DNA of 59,328 bases from an uncultured virus (IMG/VR IMGVR_UViG_3300030520_000004). Its lineage: Duplodnaviria > Heunggongvirae > Uroviricota > Caudoviricetes. The DNA is taken from IMG/VR virus record IMGVR_UViG_3300030520_000004; one strand, 5' to 3'. The notes under the pieces were generated by a model. It was not told the origin of the DNA. It worked only from the letters and a program-made list of their open reading frames with translations, and made no database searches. Shown piece by piece: positions 55,136-59,328 of the stretch (positions are counted from its first letter, which is position 1; each line of letters starts with the position of its first letter). The translations under genes and the position numbers were made by a program.

Positions 55136-55609
55136 TCAGCGGTGAATCAGGAAGGCGGTCAGCGTTGTGACGCCAGCGACCGAGTTCAGTGCCCCACCCG
55201 ACAACTGGTCGGAGTACAGCTCGAAGTAGTCGCCGGTGCCGTTGCAGGTGATCATCGACGTGACCTGCACGACACTGTTGAAAACCGAGCCCGCAGACGC
55301 CCCGGCCACCTGGTTGATCACGTTGCCGACGCCGTTCTGACACAACTGCGCGACCCTGCCGCCAGTGGCATTCGCCGCAAAGCCGATACTGCCCGTCACC
55401 AGGTACACACCTGACACCGTCGGCGTGTACCGCGTCGGATGCCCCGACGACCAGCCGCTGTACGTGTCCGTACCCGGCGACGGCCACGTCAGCGCGGTGA
55501 AGCCCGAGTTGGCCAGCGACTGCGCGGACGCCTGGGACACAATCAGCAGCGGCGGGTTCTGCTCGATCGCGACCGCCGCCGCATTCAGCAGTTCAAGAGT
55601 CAGGGCCAT
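55136..55609 (-). CDS. Minor tail protein (C1q/TNF-like beta fold)
   Basis: TRYTPTVSGVYLVTGSI...GDYFELY. Confidence 0.65.
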   Translation of the reverse strand: MALTLELLNAAAVAIEQNPPLLIVSQASAQSLANSGFTALTWPSPGTDTYSGWSSGHPTRYTPTVSGVYLVTGSIGFAANATGGRVAQLCQNGVGNVINQVAGASAGSVFNSVVQVTSMITCNGTGDYFELYSDQLSGGALNSVAGVTTLTAFLIHR

Positions 55610-55610
55610 C

Positions 55611-56372
55611 TCACGCCGCCTTCGTCAACAGGCCGTTGGAGTACGTCAGCGCCCGATAACCCTGCGTGTAGCCCGACGCGGTCTGCCCGACCGTGTACTC
55701 GGCGAGCGACGCGATCTGCGACAGGGCGTTGTACGTCAGCGCCGTCCAGCGGGCCCCCGAGTCCTCCCACGTCGCCGCGAGCACCCCCGACGCCGTCTGG
55801 TCGTAGACCGCGTACTCGAAGCCGTACGTCTGCGCCGACCAACTCGCGCCGGTCGCGCTGGTGGATGCGCCCGACGTCTGGTTCGACCGGTACCAGGTGT
55901 AGGAGTGTGAGGCGGATCCGGCCGCAGCCAGCACCAGCCAGTACGTCGTCGACGCCGTCAGCCCCGTCACCGGCAGCGGGATCGGGACCTTGACCGTGGC
56001 CGTGCCACCGGTCGCCAGGTTCGCGTACTCAGCAGTTACCACAGTCGACACCAGTGGCGAGCCCGATGGCGCACCGCCGGAGGTCGCGTACAGGGACAGA
56101 GTCGTCGTCGCCAGCAGGGAGCCCGAGGCCGTCGTGGTGGACACCGGGACGACCACGTAGCCGACCGCGGACTGACCCGCCGCAGTGGTGAAGCTCTGCG
56201 CCAAGTACAAGCCGTTCGTGTTGCTCGACGTCGACCCGGCCGTCGTCTGAGCCGCCGTCTGCACCCCGGTGTACAGGTACTGCGCGGAGTGCGTCCCCAA
56301 GAACTGGCTGATCTGGCCGGCGAACGGCGGGCTGCCCGACGTCGCGCCGAGCCAGGTGGGAGTGGTCGGCAC
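55611..56372 (-). CDS. Minor tail protein
   Basis: LAQSFTT...GLTASTTYWLVL; T/S/G-rich. Confidence 0.65.
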   Translation of the reverse strand: MPTTPTWLGATSGSPPFAGQISQFLGTHSAQYLYTGVQTAAQTTAGSTSSNTNGLYLAQSFTTAAGQSAVGYVVVPVSTTTASGSLLATTTLSLYATSGGAPSGSPLVSTVVTAEYANLATGGTATVKVPIPLPVTGLTASTTYWLVLAAAGSASHSYTWYRSNQTSGASTSATGASWSAQTYGFEYAVYDQTASGVLAATWEDSGARWTALTYNALSQIASLAEYTVGQTASGYTQGYRALTYSNGLLTKAA

Positions 56373-56384
56373 GGGCAGCCTCCT

Positions 56385-56993
56385 TCAGGAGATGGCGAAG
56401 GACGACTGGAGAATGAGGGTGTCTGTCGTGGGCACGGTCAGCGTCGGCGAGAATGCCCAGTGGTCCAGCAAGACGCCCGCCGTGGCCAGCGACGCGTCAC
56501 TGCTGGAGCCGTTCGCGAAGACGCCGGCCTCGGTGACCGTCCAGGCCACTGACGGCTGCGGGAAATAGAACAACCAGGTCAGCTGCGAGGGGAGGCTGGA
56601 CGTGGCCGGAACGCTCGCACCTGCACCCACCGTCTGCCTGCCGAGCTCAGAGAACAGCGCCGTATCCGACGCCGAGACTGTGCCCGCGCCGGAACCGACC
56701 GCGCCCCACAGCGGGGTGAGGTACGTGCTGCCGACGCCGAGGTTCGCTGCCTGGTCCTGAATGCCGGACCACACCAGGGCCGCGGCCAGCACGGTTAGGC
56801 CAGCGGTACACATGACGTTGTTGCCCTCGCGGCGGTCCGTGATCGCCGAGTCCGGCGGCCGCATCATCAACGCCGAATCCGCACGGTGCCGCTCGAACCA
56901 GCGGGCATCCACGCTGGTCACCGACAGGCGACCATGGAACGTGACGCTCCCAGGCGCAGCCGCCTTGGTTACCCCCATACAAAACCGCCCCAC
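56385..56993 (-). CDS. Minor tail protein
   Basis: AVGSG......DTAL.SELGR...TVTEAGVF. Confidence 0.65.
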   Translation of the reverse strand: MGRFCMGVTKAAAPGSVTFHGRLSVTSVDARWFERHRADSALMMRPPDSAITDRREGNNVMCTAGLTVLAAALVWSGIQDQAANLGVGSTYLTPLWGAVGSGAGTVSASDTALFSELGRQTVGAGASVPATSSLPSQLTWLFYFPQPSVAWTVTEAGVFANGSSSDASLATAGVLLDHWAFSPTLTVPTTDTLILQSSFAIS

Positions 56994-57175
56994 GTGCTCT
57001 GATCCCAGCCAGGAGGAGTCTGCGCAGTCACGGTCATCGAGTCGGCCACCGCGGCGGTCTCGGGGGCGACAAGGTAGCCAGCCAGCCCGGTGATCATGCT
57101 GCTCGTTGACGAGGACTGCTGGTTCAACGCCCCCAAGACGTCCGTGAGGGTCTGCGGTCTACCTACTCCAGGCAC
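56969..57175 (-). CDS. Small tail-associated protein
   Basis: WDQSTWGGFVWG C-terminal motif; GAGGAGG RBS. Confidence 0.55.
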   Translation of the reverse strand: MPGVGRPQTLTDVLGALNQQSSSTSSMITGLAGYLVAPETAAVADSMTVTAQTPPGWDQSTWGGFVWG

Positions 57176-57185
57176 GCGAGCCTCC

Positions 57186-58577
57186 TCAGATCCGCACAGC
57201 AGTCAACTGGCACACCCGATAGCCACCGCGCCCGAACGTCACGGAGTTCGCAGTGACCAGGAAGGTGTCGTTCAGGCCCCAGGACGACGACTGGTCATCC
57301 CAGATCAGGGCGTTGATGATCTGGCAGGTCTCGCCCGCTCTCACCCAGCCGACCCATTCCTCGGTGGTGTCGAACGTGATCCGCTCGACGGCGATTGAGT
57401 ACTCCTGCTGCTCGCGGTTCGCCCTGGCCAGCGCCATCGGGACCGTCGTCAAGGAGGTGTCGTTGATGTACTCGCCGAACACGCCGCCATTCGGGCCCGT
57501 GTACTCGGCTTGCGAGGTGTAGTCATTGGCCTGGGCTACCACCGGAACCTGGTAGTCGTACCAGATCTGGAGCTTCACGCCGGCCGAAGGTGCGCCAGCG
57601 GTGTTCGTCAGGAAGTAGCCGCCGACCGCGTTCTGCTGCACCTGCCAGGTGCCGGTGGCGGTGTCTCCGGCGGCGACCACGGTGACTGTCTGGGAGACTC
57701 CGCTGACGTACAGCGTCGGTGTCCCGGAGACGATGTACCGCAGGCCCCACGAGGTCTGTGCCCCGTCGCCTAGCCACGTGTCCGTCGGGGTCGAATTACT
57801 GGGCGAGCCAGCGGGGATCGTCTGATTGGCGCCCTGCACCAGGATCCTGTTGTGGATCGTGGTGCCGTCCCACTCGTACGTGAACTGGGAGTCCTGCCCG
57901 AAGTGGCCTTCGGTGAGACTCCCGGCCCCGGCGGTGGTCGGTGACGTCGTGAACGTCACGCCGGAGTTGAGCGCCGTGGTGGCGTCGTAGAAGTGCAGAC
58001 GGCGGAACTCGTCCACGTACCATCCGTACGGTGTGACCTGTCCGGCCAGTTGAGCCAGGGCCCGCCACGCATTCGACAGGGAGTCGTAGTTCTGCACGAA
58101 CGATGCCAGCGACGGGCCCGGCGCGACGAAGCCGCCGTTCTGGATGGTCGCCGCGCTGATTCCGCAGTTCGCCTGCTGGGTCAGCGCCACCACGATCGCA
58201 TCGACGGTCCAGCCATTGAACGTGCCCTGGACCAGCGCATTGTCCGCGTAGAACGTGAAGTCCGTGCAGTTCAGGTCCCACTCGTTCTGCGTCGGCGACT
58301 GCGGGGCCAGGATCGGATCGTTGACGACGCCAGCGAACAGACTCAGCCCGGCCGTGTTGTCGTAGAGGCTGATCTGCGACATCACCGGAATGTGGAACGT
58401 CGCCGCGGACCGGAAGTCGTCGATCAAAGGGATCGTCGCCGTATCGCCCTGCCTGCCGAAATTCTGAGTGATCGTCATCTGCTGGTTCGCACCCGACCAC
58501 GCCATCTTCGACGTGTAGTCCGTCGGACTTCCCCCCGGCGGAGTGATCGTCAAGGTCAGGTCGGGAGAGGCGACCAC
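57186..58577 (-). CDS. Minor tail protein (tail tip/hub-like)
   Basis: First gene downstream of the tape measure gene; WYVD..R.LHF; NRI.V.G. Confidence 0.7.
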   Translation of the reverse strand: MVASPDLTLTITPPGGSPTDYTSKMAWSGANQQMTITQNFGRQGDTATIPLIDDFRSAATFHIPVMSQISLYDNTAGLSLFAGVVNDPILAPQSPTQNEWDLNCTDFTFYADNALVQGTFNGWTVDAIVVALTQQANCGISAATIQNGGFVAPGPSLASFVQNYDSLSNAWRALAQLAGQVTPYGWYVDEFRRLHFYDATTALNSGVTFTTSPTTAGAGSLTEGHFGQDSQFTYEWDGTTIHNRILVQGANQTIPAGSPSNSTPTDTWLGDGAQTSWGLRYIVSGTPTLYVSGVSQTVTVVAAGDTATGTWQVQQNAVGGYFLTNTAGAPSAGVKLQIWYDYQVPVVAQANDYTSQAEYTGPNGGVFGEYINDTSLTTVPMALARANREQQEYSIAVERITFDTTEEWVGWVRAGETCQIINALIWDDQSSSWGLNDTFLVTANSVTFGRGGYRVCQLTAVRI

Positions 58578-58667
58578 AAGCCACCCCCGCCCATCGCACC
58601 GGAACCGTGTGTAACAGGGTGGAAACGTTCCGACGCGGGGCCGCCCAGCTCTGCCAGGCTTCCGCCC

Positions 58668-59036
58668 ATGAATCGGACCTTGGCTCTGACCGCCTGTAGC
58701 GCACTCCTTTTGCTCGCCGGCTGTACTAGCAGCCCTGGGAGCAGCGAGCCGCCAGCCCAGCAACTCCGCGACCTCGACGTGTCCGCCGGGCACACATCGC
58801 CAGCCGCCGCCTACACCACGGCATTCGCCACCCTGTCAAAGGACTGCACCGAACAGGGCGTACCCCTTGCCAACGGAGTCGAGGCGACACTCGGCCTGCT
58901 CCAGAAGGCCCACATCGACGACGAGACGAACCTGACCGTAATGCAGCACTTGGTCCAATCCATGGCCGGAGAGAAGGGCAAAATGCCTTTCGCTCAGATT
59001 GCCGGCGCGTACGTCACCCTGCGAGAAGGCCAGTAG
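58668..59036 (+). CDS. Lipoprotein, antisense insertion in the tail module
   Basis: Signal peptide MNRTLALTACSALLLLAG-C (lipobox LAGC). Confidence 0.75.
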   Translation: MNRTLALTACSALLLLAGCTSSPGSSEPPAQQLRDLDVSAGHTSPAAAYTTAFATLSKDCTEQGVPLANGVEATLGLLQKAHIDDETNLTVMQHLVQSMAGEKGKMPFAQIAGAYVTLREGQ

Positions 59037-59045
59037 GACGACAGC

Positions 59046-59328
59046 TCACGAGTGGATGTGCACGCCGGCGGGCGCGAGTTTCTTGACCACGGCCTTCCCG
59101 ATCGTGTCCGCCAGCTGGTTCATGGCCTGCTGATTGGCGATCGTCGCGCCCCGCAGGTCGATCGCCAAGGTGATCTCGCCTCCACTCGTGACACTGGAGC
59201 CCATCGCGGTAAGCCCTGCCCCGGCGGTGGAGAGCGACACGGAACCCCCGGACACGTGAACCCCCACACCCGGCAGCTTCGCCGACAGGCTGTTGGTGAT
59301 CACTCCGGCGGTCTTCACCGCAGCGGCG
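59046..59328 (-). CDS. Tape measure protein, C-terminal end (partial)
   Basis: Gly/Ala/Ser-rich end ...IDLRGA...LADTIG..V.K.L; upstream of the minor tail genes. Confidence 0.6.
   Translation of the reverse strand, partial: AAAVKTAGVITNSLSAKLPGVGVHVSGGSVSLSTAGAGLTAMGSSVTSGGEITLAIDLRGATIANQQAMNQLADTIGKAVVKKLAPAGVHIHS

Overview
High-GC DNA from a temperate actinobacteriophage, most likely of Streptomyces or a relative. Phage genes lie on both sides of a tRNA-Val(TAC)-derived att core at about 41.9 kb, so the window probably shows the non-integrated genome. Left to right: (i) 0.7-39.5 kb is a leftward early/middle region of tightly coupled genes. It holds dozens of small accessory ORFs plus a C5 DNA methyltransferase, a PAPS-reductase-like protein, a replication initiator with internal iterons, a DnaC/IstB loader, SSB, RusA, a SpoU/TrmH methyltransferase, a HupS-like HU, a DnaQ exonuclease, an antirepressor, a RecE/annealase pair, Xis and Cro. 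Two small rightward islands with their own operators interrupt it. (ii) 39.6-42.0 kb holds the repressor, tyrosine integrase and attP. (iii) 42-49 kb is an accessory region with an XRE/DUF5753-DUF397 pair and a strong operator-controlled promoter driving a very acidic unknown protein followed by an Aca2-like regulator, i.e. a candidate new anti-CRISPR/anti-defence operon. (iv) 49-59.3 kb holds the leftward lysis and tail genes up to the 3' end of the probable tape measure gene. Other oddities are a GIY-YIG::DnaB N-terminal fusion, a release-factor-like domain lacking GGQ, and an orphan YefM with TGTACA boxes. All family calls come from reading motifs by eye; no database searches were run.
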